Of a stretch of 64,000 nt of DNA, positions 1-11,002 are shown in pieces. The stretch's first letter is position 1, and each line of letters starts with the position of its first letter. Source of the stretch: Adineta vaga (Eukaryota; Animalia; Rotifera); the NCBI GenBank assembly GCA_021613535.1, contig CP075492.1, forward strand, positions 19,778,001-19,842,000, written 5' to 3'. A program made the translations under genes and the position numbers. The notes under the pieces are model-generated. The model ran no database searches and was not told the DNA's origin. It was given only the letters and a program-made list of their open reading frames with translations.

Positions 1-413
1 CTGATAATTATAACTCAATTCTTCCCGTTGCTTCAGTAACAAGTACAACATATTGTAACCAAAAGACTATTGCTGATCAATATACACTAAATAGAGAGCA
101 AAAAGCTGCATTCATGATAATCACAAGTCACCTTGATGGTGACAAACCGTCACGCACAGGTATGTTCATGCACATGGTTGTATATAATCATAAACTGAAA
201 AATATTATTCATATAGGAGACAACAATGGTCAACTCATCATGTGTATACCCAGATGTGGTGGTACAGGAAAATCACAACTTATTCGTGCTGTGACTGAAT
301 ATTTTCGTGTTACAAACAGAATACAAAAGATGCGAAAGCTAGCACCTACTGGAATTGCAGCCGCTGAAATTGGTGGTATGACTATCCATTCATTCTTAGG
401 TGAACAACGCAAT

Positions 414-848
414 TAGGGGTGGCACTTTAACTTTACTTTCAAAATTAAAGTTAAAGCAAAATACTTTAACTTTAAATTCAAAGTTAAAGTATTTTACTTT
501 ATTACTTTAACTTTAATTAAAGTACAGGAAAAAATCGAAAATATTTTTTAGCTTGCCCTGTTTAATTTTATGCGGTTTTTGACAAAAATTTTCAACTTTC
601 AACTTTAACTTTAATAAAGTTTAAAGTTACTTTAACTTTAATTAAAGAAATTTTAAAGTTGTAATTATTATCCAAAACCACATAAAATTAAACAGGGCGG
701 GCTAAAAATATTTTCGATTTTTTATTGTACTTTAATTAAAGTTAAAGTAATAAAGTAAAATACTTTAACTTTAAATTTAAAGTTAAAGTAAAAACTTTAA
801 ACTTTAAGCACTTTATAAAGTAAAGTTAAAGTTAAAGTGCCACCCCTA
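414..848. mobile_element. hAT-type MITE (435 bp)
   Basis: TIR TAGGGGTGGCACTTTAACTTTA / TAAAGTTAAAGTGCCACCCCTA. 8-bp TSD AACGCAAT at 406-413 and 849-856. Internal ACTTTA/TAAAGT repeats; near fold-back overall. Confidence 0.9.
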
Positions 849-2189
849 AACGCAATTCTGGAAAGCCACGAACTATTAAACCAGGCGACTTGAAACTTGA
901 AAAAGAATGGACACTTGTAGAATATCTCTTGATTGATGAAATGAGTATGGTTGGTCTGACTTTACTTGGAAAACTCAATCGAATTCTTTGTGCCGCTAAA
1001 CATGCCGATCCTCAAATTCCATTTGGTGGTATAAATGTTATATTCTTTGGTGATTATTTACAGTACCGACCCGTATACGATGCCCGTTACACACTGACTT
1101 TTCGCCGGAAAATAAAAAGAAATTCAACTACGTGTTGCACGTTCTTTAATTCTACAAATTAATTGTGTGGTCAAACTTACTCAACAGATGCGAACTGAAG
1201 ACCTACGATATCTTCAGTTACTTGAACGACTTCGTCAAGGTCAATGTAGTTATGAAGATTATGAATTACTATTGACGCGCGTTGTGGGACAGCCAACCGT
1301 ATCTCTTCGTGAACCGCCATGGAATCAAGTAAGATATATTTCTCTACTCTAAATGAACATATTTTCTATGTTCTTTTTTCTTTTAGGCTCTCATGCTTGT
1401 GTTTAGAAATGAAATACGAACGCAATTGAATCACAGGTCGGCAATTCATAATGCAATACAAACAGGTTGCGATCCAATGGTATGTGTTGCCCAGGACTTT
1501 TGTAAAGGTAAACCTGTTGAAGGGCCGACACTTCTTAAGAAATTATTGGAATTATCAGACAGTAAGACTGAACGCTTACCGGGTTTGTTACCGTTAGATC
1601 CTGGAATGCCGGTTATCATTACACAAAATATTGGTATTGATCTCGGATTAATTAACGGCATGAATGGAATCTTTAGACAACTAGTCTATGATCTTGACTC
1701 AGTGTCAACAGATAGTCTTTCAAAAACTTTTCCTCTAAACACCCAATATGTTCATAAGCCAATATATGCATTGGTCGAAATAGGTAAATCAAAAATTGAA
1801 TGTAATCTTAAAAATCTTCAACCAAAACTTATTCCAATACCAATAATGGAACAAACCTTTCAGGTAGACATTTCCGATATTCTTCCGAAAGTCAACAACA
1901 AATCAAAAACGAACAGAAAGGCAATGTTATCGATTAAACGACGTGCATTACCTCTTGTACCTGCATATTCTATCACAACTCACAAAAGTCAAGGACAAAC
2001 TTTAAGCAAAGTAGTCATCGATCTGAAGTTACCAAAAGATACAGATGACATCGCTGCAGTCTATGTACCATTATCAAGAGTGAAGCGTTTGGACGATTTA
2101 TTTATTTTACGACACTTTGATTACAAAGTCTTCCAGATCAAACCCAGTAAATCTCAAGTTGCCGAGATCCAAAGATTAGACAAACTCTA

Positions 2190-2606
2190 CACTGATAAAA
2201 ATTTTCGTAGAATGATAAACCCTCAAAAAAGGGCTTATAATTGAAAAATTCGTTTATCAACGTGATCTACCCCCTGATCAATCCTTTTTTCTTGATAAAC
2301 CCCAAAAAGGTATATTATCCGTTGCAAACTGATAAACCCAACAGTTTATCGTCTCTTGATAAACCCTTTTCTCCTTTATCAACTGGATCAATTCTAATCG
2401 AAAGGTTTCTTGGAAATGATGATAAACTCTGAGTTTGAGGGTTGATTCAGTTGATAAACGAGAAAAGGGTTTATCAAGAGACGATAAACTGTTGGGTTTA
2501 TCAAGAAAAAAGGATTGATCAGGGGGTAGATCACGTTGATAAACGAATTTTTCAGTTATAAACCCTTTTTTGAGGGTTTATCATTCTACGAAAATTTTTA
2601 TCAGTG
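2190..2606. mobile_element. MITE with CACTG..CAGTG ends and ~110-bp TIRs (CMC/EnSpm-like)
   Basis: CACTGATAAAAATTTTCGTAGAATGATAAACCCTC is mirrored at the right end. TA duplicated at 2188-2189 and 2607-2608. Many GATAAAC/GTTTATC subterminal motifs. Confidence 0.85.
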
Positions 2607-3069
2607 TATATGGAAACACAGAAGCGTTTCTCAGAATGGTTTTCACAAATATTAAAGGACACACAAAATCTCGATTAATCGTTATCCATTTTTCGCATCT
2701 GATTTATTTGCATATCTCGTAATTGTGAAAATCTTTTGCATAATTGAAACTTTTTTCTATTCGTTTATTGTTCGTAATGTAAGTGCAAATTTTCTTTTCA
2801 ACTTTACTATAAAATACTTTTTTGTTTCACTTTTCTTATTCGTACTCGTTTATACTCATTATTTCCTTGTTTAAAGGGTAGTTAAAGCTAATACAGTTTA
2901 TTTCTTTTCTTTCATGTAGTTGCTCATTATATCCTCAACGTGTTTTGTTCCAATTGAAAAACAAACAAACTTCATATTGAAAAGGATTTTCTCTTGCGAA
3001 AAATCAAGAAAAATACAATAATAACTTGTTATATCTTCCATTGATATTTTCAGTCGAGGGTAATGCGAG

Positions 3070-3489
3070 TCATCCTCGACGAGCCTTATTTATTGGCTCC
3101 ACACTGATTAATACCAGCACCACCAGCACCACTACCAGCACCGCCACCACCACCATCACCACCACCAATATCAATCCGAATAATCTCAGGCGGTACTTCC
3201 CAATACCATTACTAGAATGTTGTCTCCCGGAGCGGTGCATTGGTTCTTGCGATAAGAATGGATCAGTGGTAGCGTTGGCACTGATTGGTGCTGAATCTTC
3301 GGTGGCGTTGGCACTGATTGATGCTGAATCTTCGGTGGTCTGGGAAGCGCATTTTTCCCGTAGCCACTTGATCGGATCCCCAGGAGGAGGTTCAGGGACA
3401 GTGTCTGCGTTAACAAATATGTGAAACCATTCTTTTAAATTATCCTCGAAATCAAAGGGTCGTTTACCGTCCGTAGATTGTTCACTCAT
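3070..3489 (-). CDS. Orphan 139-aa ORF with 11-aa repeats and a C-terminal hydrophobic anchor
   Basis: ATG-initiated and GC-richer than its flanks. 33-bp tandem repeat (TEDSAxISANA, ~2.5 copies). Val/Leu-rich C-terminal segment. Confidence 0.4.
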   Translation of the reverse strand: MSEQSTDGKRPFDFEDNLKEWFHIFVNADTVPEPPPGDPIKWLREKCASQTTEDSASISANATEDSAPISANATTDPFLSQEPMHRSGRQHSSNGIGKYRLRLFGLILVVVMVVVAVLVVVLVVLVLISVEPINKARRG

Positions 3490-3980
3490 AAGGGTAATCG
3501 AACGTAGACTTAATAATCAGAACTTTTGATTTACTTTATTGTCAACACCTTTGAGTTGAATACTATAAAAGTCATGAAAATTTTAAAAGCAGCTAGTACA
3601 AGAGACTAAAACATTAGATCATGAGGATGTACAAGGACGTAGCCTTGCAAAAACATAAATCTTGAAAGCAAGAAGATGTTAAACTGTGGCGTGCGCAAGT
3701 CTAAGTTTAAAATATCCTCAATAGCCGTTCTGTCCGTTTTATTTACTAAAACAAAGCAGGAAACGCTACGAATATGGTGCTCCCTTCCACTTCGTTGACA
3801 TGGTCCTCAAGGTGTGCGATGCACAGAGATCGATGTACAGGAATATAAACTGTTAGAATATGATGTGGATGGGAATAATTGTATCTTTTCTCTCATTGAT
3901 CTCATTCTTATTCGCACGATATCGCATAAATGAAGTCAATGGGCTGTGTGCACAGTTCTTATCCAGTAAACAATCGAATG

Positions 3981-4345
3981 CCCAGGTCGACCAATCCCAT
4001 ACTCGGATCCCATCGAATCCCATCGGATCCAATACAGAATTTTATCAGATCCTACAGTAATTCGACGGATCCGATGAAATCCTGGTGACGGAATCGCATT
4101 GGATTCCGACGGTCTCGGGTCCGATCGGATCCCACGTCGGATCTCGTCGGATCCGAAACATGGATTTTCTAAGGGTCGTCATAGAATATAGCTAGAAAGA
4201 TCGCTCATAAAATTTGCAACAACCGACGGGATTTTTCCAGTCGGATTCCAATGCAATTCCGTTTCCAGGAATCCGATCGGATTTTGTCAGATGGTCGGAT
4301 CCGGTAAGATCCGATCGGATGCAGCATCGGATTTGTTGACCTGGG
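3981..4345. mobile_element. CMC/EnSpm-like MITE
   Basis: CCCAGGTCGACCAATCC ... GGATTTGTTGACCTGGG termini. 2-bp TSD TG. Dense internal GGATCC/TCGGAT repeats. Confidence 0.8.
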
Positions 4346-5469
4346 TGATCAACTCAGTTTTCAGATAAAAGAGTAAGCGGTCTAAACTTGAGAATTATTC
4401 TCTGAGATGAAACGAGATCTACTCACTAATAAATGTAACTTAGAAAGAAGTCATAGTCTTATCTAACTCATGAATACGAGTTGTCTCACGTCCCTAGGAC
4501 AATTTTCGATTTCTGAGTGTATATAAAACACATATATCATTCTTTGTAAGTCTGTACTATACCGTGAATTTTGATTAACAGTTGTAGATGAAGATCAAAT
4601 ACTTCACTGTACAAACGAAACATGAATAAATATATGATCAAACTGGGGAAAAAACTATGACTTCTTTTATGCATTAAAGCGAAAAAAACTCGTTTTTATT
4701 CAGTGTTGTGTTTATTTAGTGTACAAATGCTTCATCAACGCAGAAATGCAATTAAAACACGGCAATAATGAATCAAAACATGTTGTTATGTACTCCCAAA
4801 GCTAGAAGCAAGTAGTCTACACTCAAAGAAATTTTTTTCGAACAGATTTCTGACAAAAAAATATTTTATAACTGTGAAGTAAACTAATACAATGGTACAA
4901 AGTCGACGTAGATTAAATAAATATTCCTAACTTTACGGATTTATAGTATAATCTTGATCTGTGTCGTTAACTAACCATTTCTAAACGATATCTATAACTC
5001 TCGAGAAGAAAGTAGCACAGAAGAAGCAATGTATTTTTTACCCTTATCATGAGCAATTCAAGGTTAGAAAATGAATGAATATTTTATATTAATGAAAATA
5101 ATCCGAATTAGAATTATTGTAAATATTACAGTTCGTTCGTCTTAAATTACACGATTGAAATGAAAATATGGTTTAATGAAAAACAAACACCCTGTAATAT
5201 TAGTCGTTTATCTTGTTTTCTTTGCCGTTGAATTGTATCACGTCAGGTAAACTTGAAAAGTTTCATCTCATTTTGTATTTTTCTTCAATACTTAAGTTGT
5301 CCAATCATATTTTCTTTACACTTTCACACAAAAATACTATTAAAAATACATTTCTTACACAGAACAGATTGTGGTTGTTCCTCAACATAAATTATCTAAA
5401 CGATTTAGATGTGAAAAAATATTTTGCAATTTTATTTTTTCCAAATAATTCACTTCTGTGGTTATTGTA

Positions 5470-5541
5470 TTGAGGGTGTGTGTGAGGGTGTGAGTTAAAT
5501 TACCACAAAACTAGAAGTTTTTCACTATTATTAGATATAGA
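5470..5541 (-). mobile_element. Putative Helitron 5' terminus
   Basis: Minus strand reads A|TCTATATCTAATAATAGTG followed by a CA-rich simple repeat, resembling Helitron 5' ends. No matching hairpin-CTAG 3' end was found in the window. Confidence 0.4.
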
Positions 5542-5951
5542 TTATCGAGATTGTTAGCTGGATGACGTTTATAATAGTTGCATGTTGATCTGATAGATGT
5601 AAATATTAAGGGATAGTTGAATAATTTCTTGTGAAGTTGTAATAAAGAAAAGATGATTTTGAGGTGGAAGATGTAATGCATCTGTGAAGTGCGGAATCGG
5701 TTTTAGGTATGGATCAGAAGTAGAGTTAAAATGAGGTTGAATAAAGCTTTCGTCGTTGAATGATATGTATATAGTTATAAATAGAAGTTTGTGTTATCTG
5801 AAATGAAAAGTGTAAATAGATATAGTTTTTTTCATATTTGTTAGTGCTTGATTCTAGATGCGAAGAGAATGGTGATAGAAAAACCTTAATTACAAGAAAT
5901 GAAAGAGCTAGAGAATATTTTGAACCTATTATGTTTTTATAAGCCGTAATG

Positions 5952-7321
5952 TCAAAGATAATAATCGAGATATTCATCAAGTTCGTCGTCGTCGGTGTAT
6001 TCTTCGGTGTCAGTTTCGTCATTTATCTTTATGAAGCAGGTGGAAAAATCTTCGTTAGATTGAACACGCTGTTTCAAAGTTGGTTGGCGTCGTTCGATTA
6101 TGTTCAACATTGTGTCATCTGGAACTGACGAAGGATTTGTCTGCTTATAAAGTAGAAAGTATTTCTTTTGATTTTCAATGGTTTGTATGTATTCTTCCAC
6201 TTTTGCTTCTGCTAATGATATTATTTTAGCGAGAGAGATGGATTTGAATTCTCCAATGGTCGATATTATATGTGTTTTATGGACCATAAATTGTTCTAGC
6301 ATAGAGTATGCTTCGCGTTTGTTTTCATCGAGTAGTAGACGTCTAGCTTCATTGATCATGTTTGTTAAGTACTCTTGGCATATCACATTCTTCCAAAGGT
6401 CCACAGCATAGATGATCTAGAGCAGATAGAAGTAATTTGATAGTGCATTTTTGTATAAAAATATTATATTTATCATATGAGTTTTGGATATTTTGATTTT
6501 TATTATGATTTTAATAGAAGAAAAAGTAACGATACCTGTTGTTCATTTGGTTTTAGATCGTAGAATTCTTTAACGAGATGAGTATCGTTCATATCTAACA
6601 TAAATTGAGAATTTTTCTTTGCATATTGCTGTTTTAATTGCGGTTGATCTTGTCGGACCAGTGCAGAAATGGCTGCAGTAAGTAAAGTTTGATCAGCAGT
6701 AGATAATTGGAGAAATTGTTCTTCTTCTTTTTGTTGTTGTAGACCTTCGTTCAATGTTCTGAGAGCTTTTTGTAATCGCTTCTCAATATGTCTCAAACGC
6801 TGATCGGTACGTTTAGTTTTTAAGATTTCTTTACTGATATTGTTGAGTTTAAGCATAGATTCTTTCATTTTTGATAACCAAAGTACTTCAACACATGTAT
6901 GAGTTTGATAAGTTTTCCAAAAATCTTCTTCTACTTTTAATGAATAAACAGTTGTTATCCAACACCTACGTCGTCGACCGAGTTGTAATAGACCAGGATT
7001 GACTTCTAATAATTGTTGAATCTTAGCTTTACGATGTAAATCATTATTAACAGCCGTAAGAAGTCGTTGTTTGAATTCAGAATCAGACATATTCCAATAG
7101 CCCAGTTCGATCACTTCTCTATTTTCTTCTTTTTTCTTAGATTCTGGGTCATTCATTATGCCATCGTCCGTTTTATTTTCCACTGATGATACCTAAATTC
7201 AAAGTCAAACAAGTAAATCTCGAAATATATTTCGTCGTATAAGAAAACATACCCGATTGATGGATGATAACGTAGATGTTTCCTGTTTACCTTCCGCTTG
7301 ATTTTCCAAATGTGGATTCAT
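5952..7321 (-). CDS. Coiled-coil ORF of an Athena/Terminon-like retroelement (spliced)
   Basis: Exons ~7321-7253, ~7195-6537 and ~6420-5952. Helical, Q/K/E-rich. C-terminal MLNIIERRQ resembles IMNAIENRQ in the 9088-9640 ORF. Co-oriented with the RT. Confidence 0.55.
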
Positions 7322-7479
7322 GTTTATAATAATCTGAAATAAAAGAGAAAGAAACCTTATACGTTGAATAAACCTAATAAATTTGATAATAAACATGAGA
7401 AAATCTTTTGGTACAACTTTATTAAAACGAAAGAAAACAATGAATGGTTAGCGCTAAGGAAAAAGACACAAAAGTTCAA

Positions 7480-8921
7480 TTATTTTGATCTTTTCTTTGA
7501 TGGTGGACGGTTCATTGGTAAGATTTGTAATTGTCGCCGTTTTTGTCGGTGGTTTTTGCATCGAATATGTCTCTTAACTCGTTTGCTATGATACATTTGA
7601 ACATTTCGACGTAGAGCTTTGTAGATATCCTGATTAGGACAGCAATAAAAATGGATGATCTTGTCGTTTTGTTGTATCATAAATGTAAGGTAATGCATAT
7701 AGCTCAGTATCTGCTTTATGATATACGCCCGTTCGAAGAATACCTTCGTCATTTACAAGTTTAGCATCGAAATAATGAATTTCATGACCAATAGAAGTTG
7801 CTATTCGAACATGTGAATTTTTAAAATGATCCGTAAGATTTTGATTGAGCAACATCTGAAGTTCTTCTCTGGATGCATTCCAAGTAAAAGCCATGTGATT
7901 GAAAGATCGACCGAATATTTCTTTCTTTTGATTTAATGTTGAAACAAAACCATGTTGCAAATGAAGTAGATAGATGTTTGCCAATGTTCGTGTCAATGGT
8001 GAATTGAATGGAGAACCAGCAATTTGTTAATATAAGTTATTTTCAGAGAGAAAATACTGATTTCGAAGAATAAGTCGAACCAATTCAATAATGGTAGTTG
8101 TCGATGTACCACCTTTAATCTGTCGATTATTCGTCGGAATTTCAAGAAATTGTTCCAGTGCTTCTATCATAAAATCATGAGAAAATATTGTCGAAAAATC
8201 ATGAACTTGAATTGTAATGAATAAAGTTGATCGAAGATAACCTTGTGCAGCATAATTCTCAAATGCTCGAATTGCATCTGTTCCAGTAATAAATGCAAAA
8301 GAACTAGCTGCTTGTTGATATATTGGTTCAAGAAGAATATTGACAAAACGTGCAATAGCTTTCGTCGGTTCGTGTCCAAAGGATTTTAACATTGGTTGCA
8401 AAATGATTTCCTTCTATAAAAAAAACAAAAAACAAGATGTTGAAGTATAAAAATGAATAAAGCTCACTTACATTGTACACTTCTGGAATGAAATAAAGTT
8501 CATTGATTTGGAATGCTGCTGCTTGGCTGAAGTACATCATTTGTTCATATTGTTCAGTTGTGATTGCTTTCTGAAGGCATAAATGATGCAACACTGAAAT
8601 TATATCATTATTCACAGCTTTCAAAATATTTTCACAATCATTATTTGATGTGTTTGTAATTTCTCCAATTAATAGAAAGACACCTATTCGTTGAATGTAA
8701 ATATTGGCTTCTTGTTTCCAATGTTCATCATGACAAATATAGAGCACATTACTTTGGTAGACTTCTGTTACTTGTATGTTTAACGTTTTTAGAGCTTGTT
8801 CAACAGCTCGAAAATGTGTTTTTTCACTTTCTGTTTTTGCCAATACGAATCTATAGCTATGTTCCAATAACAATGGCAAGTTGTTGTTTTGAGGATTTCT
8901 TTGTTCAGGATTAGCTTCCAT
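7480..8921 (-). pseudogene. Penelope-like (Athena) reverse transcriptase with catalytic aspartates replaced
   Basis: LYFIPEV, EPTKAIARFVNILLEPIY, motif A region LFITIQVHDFSTIFSH, IIELVRLILRNQYF, motif B region AGSPFNSPLTRTLANIYL, motif C region EIFGRSFNHMAFTW, thumb YFDAKL..LRTGVYHK. Intron ~8414-8471. Stop at 8027-8029. No GIY-YIG endonuclease seen. Confidence 0.75.
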
Positions 8922-9087
8922 TTCTTGAAGAAGACAATAATTGTGCTTAGCAATGATTAGTTTATAGAATATGATAAATCTACAATAGAAATAGAGATTA
9001 ACAAGTTTTTTTTCCGCGAATATAAATAGTTTAGTAGTCAGTTTTGTTTTTAAATATATTTTCCTTATCAATGAACAATATCTATAA

Positions 9088-9642
9088 TTACAAAACCTCT
9101 TTATCTAGTAACAATAAATTTGAATTGTGTTCATTGATGTTATTGGTTGGAAAGAGAATTTTTAATGTTTGTTGAAGATTATATTGAGCACGTTGAATCA
9201 TATTTAACTGACGATTTTCAATAGCATTCATAATTGTATCAACACTTGGTGGTATTTTAAATTTTTCTTGATTATTTAAGACCTTCTGTTTTTCATCATT
9301 GACTTTTTCAGTATGCTTCTTGAGATAACTTTGAGCGGTAGATATTGTTTCAGCTATCTGGTTTTCTATAAATTGATGGCTGGAATTGATATAATTATCT
9401 ATTGAATCATCAGCATTGGAGATTAAGAAGAAGTGTTGATGCAAAGTAAGATGTGTAAACAGAGGAGTGATTTTAGTTAATCCAAGATCTTGAATAGTAT
9501 GTAATGGTAATGTTGAAGATTTTGATGATAACAGCCAATTTTTAAATAAAGCAATCTCATATCGAAGTTGATATTCATCGTGAATGGCTTTCCAAATAAG
9601 GTTGGTGGAATGTATCTAAAAAGATTTAGTAAGCATAGACAA
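9088..9642 (-). CDS. Coiled-coil ORF1-like fragment of the Athena/Terminon unit, interrupted by mariner
   Basis: Ends ...IMNAIENRQLNMIQRAQYNLQQTL. Lies directly upstream of the RT on the same strand. Cut at 9643 by the mariner insertion. Confidence 0.5.
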
Positions 9643-9644
9643 TA

Positions 9645-10884
9645 TTGGGTTGGCGAGAAAGTTTTTGCGTTCTTTTGAAAATTTTATTTTTATTTTTTAA
9701 CTTCAAAAAATACAATTAGCTTTCAACAATGTAATCTCCATCACTGTCTATGACTTGTTGCCAAGGTTTTGGTAAAGAAAGGATCCCATGTTCGTAGAAG
9801 TCTTGAGACTTTTGAGCGAAGAAGTTGGCCAGTTCCGTTCTGAAGTCGTTCTCGTCGTCGAATTTTCTCTCGCTCAAATAATTAGAAAGAGAAAGAAACA
9901 AATGGTAGTCTGTTGGAGCCAAGTCAGGAGAGTACGGTGCATGCGAAAGTGTAATCCATCCGAGCTTCAATCATTTTTCACGCGTCAACTTGGCAACATG
10001 AGGTCTAGTGTTGTCATGCAGAAAATAAATTCTATCCTGCTTCCCATGAAGTTTTGCTGCAACTCGGTCTAATTGCTAACAGTAGAGATCAGCAGTCACG
10101 GCGCAGCTAGCAGGAAGAATTTTCCAATGAATAATTCCCTTGATACCCCACCAAACGCTCAGCATAATCTTCTTTGGATGAAGTTCATTCTTGGGCATTG
10201 CTACACCTGCTTGTCCAGCTCGCAGCCACTGCCGCTTGCGCGTATGGTTCACATACAATTCCTACTTCTCATCACCAGTAAGAAGATTGCGGAGCCATTG
10301 GTAGTTGTGATGAGATGTCATCAACTCCATACAAGCGTCAACCCTGAGTTGGAGCTGACGCGGTGACAACTCATGTGGAATCCAAACACCATATTTCCAC
10401 GTTTTGCCCAATTCTTTCAGGTGTGTTTCCACTGTAGCATGAACGCAACCAAGTCGCTCTGCTAAACACCGTGTAGTCAGTCTAGGATCTTCTTTGATGA
10501 GCTGCTTCAAAGCGTCCATATCCACCTCTATTGATCTTCCAGAGCGAGGTAAATCGTCGAGTTCTAAATTACCATTCCTGAACCGATTGAACCAATGTTG
10601 TGCTGTACGAATGGAGAGTACATTCTTGCCCATCGTGTTGCATATGTTGCTAGCTGCGTCTGTTGCTTTGTGGCCCAAACGAAATTCATGAAGCAAAAGC
10701 ACTCGGAGCTCTCTACGCGATATCTTAAATTCTAATTCTTGATCAACGTTTATAGCCACGATTTTGTTATTGCTCGAAAGAACTTCGTACCCCCTTTATA
10801 TACTCACAATATGGAAACTTGTAGAACTTTCTTGACCATTCTAGGAAACTAAGAAAAAACGCAAAAACTTTCTGGCCAACCTAA
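9645..10884 (-). mobile_element. Mariner transposon (1240 bp) with decayed transposase at 10759-9716
   Basis: TIR TTGGGTTGGCGAGAAAGTTTTTGCGTT / AACGCAAAAACTTTCTGGCCAACCTAA. TA TSD. Motifs WIPHEL, TGDEK*, LHDN, YSPDLAPTDYHLF. Stops and a frameshift. Confidence 0.95.
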
Positions 10885-11002
10885 TATAATCATTTGATCT
10901 GTATTTTAACATTAAAAACTAAATAAAGTAGAACGTAAGGATAACTTTAGAGAAAGTTGATATTGAATAAGTCTTATTTTTTCAACAGATACTTTTGATT
11001 TC

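Larger units (their letters stand above)
1..2678 (+). pseudogene. PIF1-like SF1 helicase (C-terminal part of a Helitron-type Rep-helicase), disrupted
   Basis: Motifs CGGTGKS (Walker A), LAPTGIAA, LLIDEMSM (Walker B), FGDYLQYRPV, LTQQMR, AYSITTHKSQGQTL, VYVPLSRV. Introns at ~160-216 and ~1329-1386. Frameshifts near 1085-1165. Removing the MITEs at 414-848 and 2190-2606 restores GEQRNSGKPRTIK and DKLYMETQKRFSEWF...LD*, stop at 2676-2678. Confidence 0.85.

Noticed and set aside
5471-5494. TGAGGG/TGTG telomere-like repeats as the Athena 3' attachment site
   Set aside because: They lie inside the putative Helitron end, and similar short motifs recur at ~51817 and ~62683 with no retroelement, so they are probably a simple repeat.
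5545-9642. Hammerhead ribozyme expected in Penelope-like elements
   Set aside because: The only CTGATGA found on the sense strand (~9407-9413) is in coding sequence without flanking stems.
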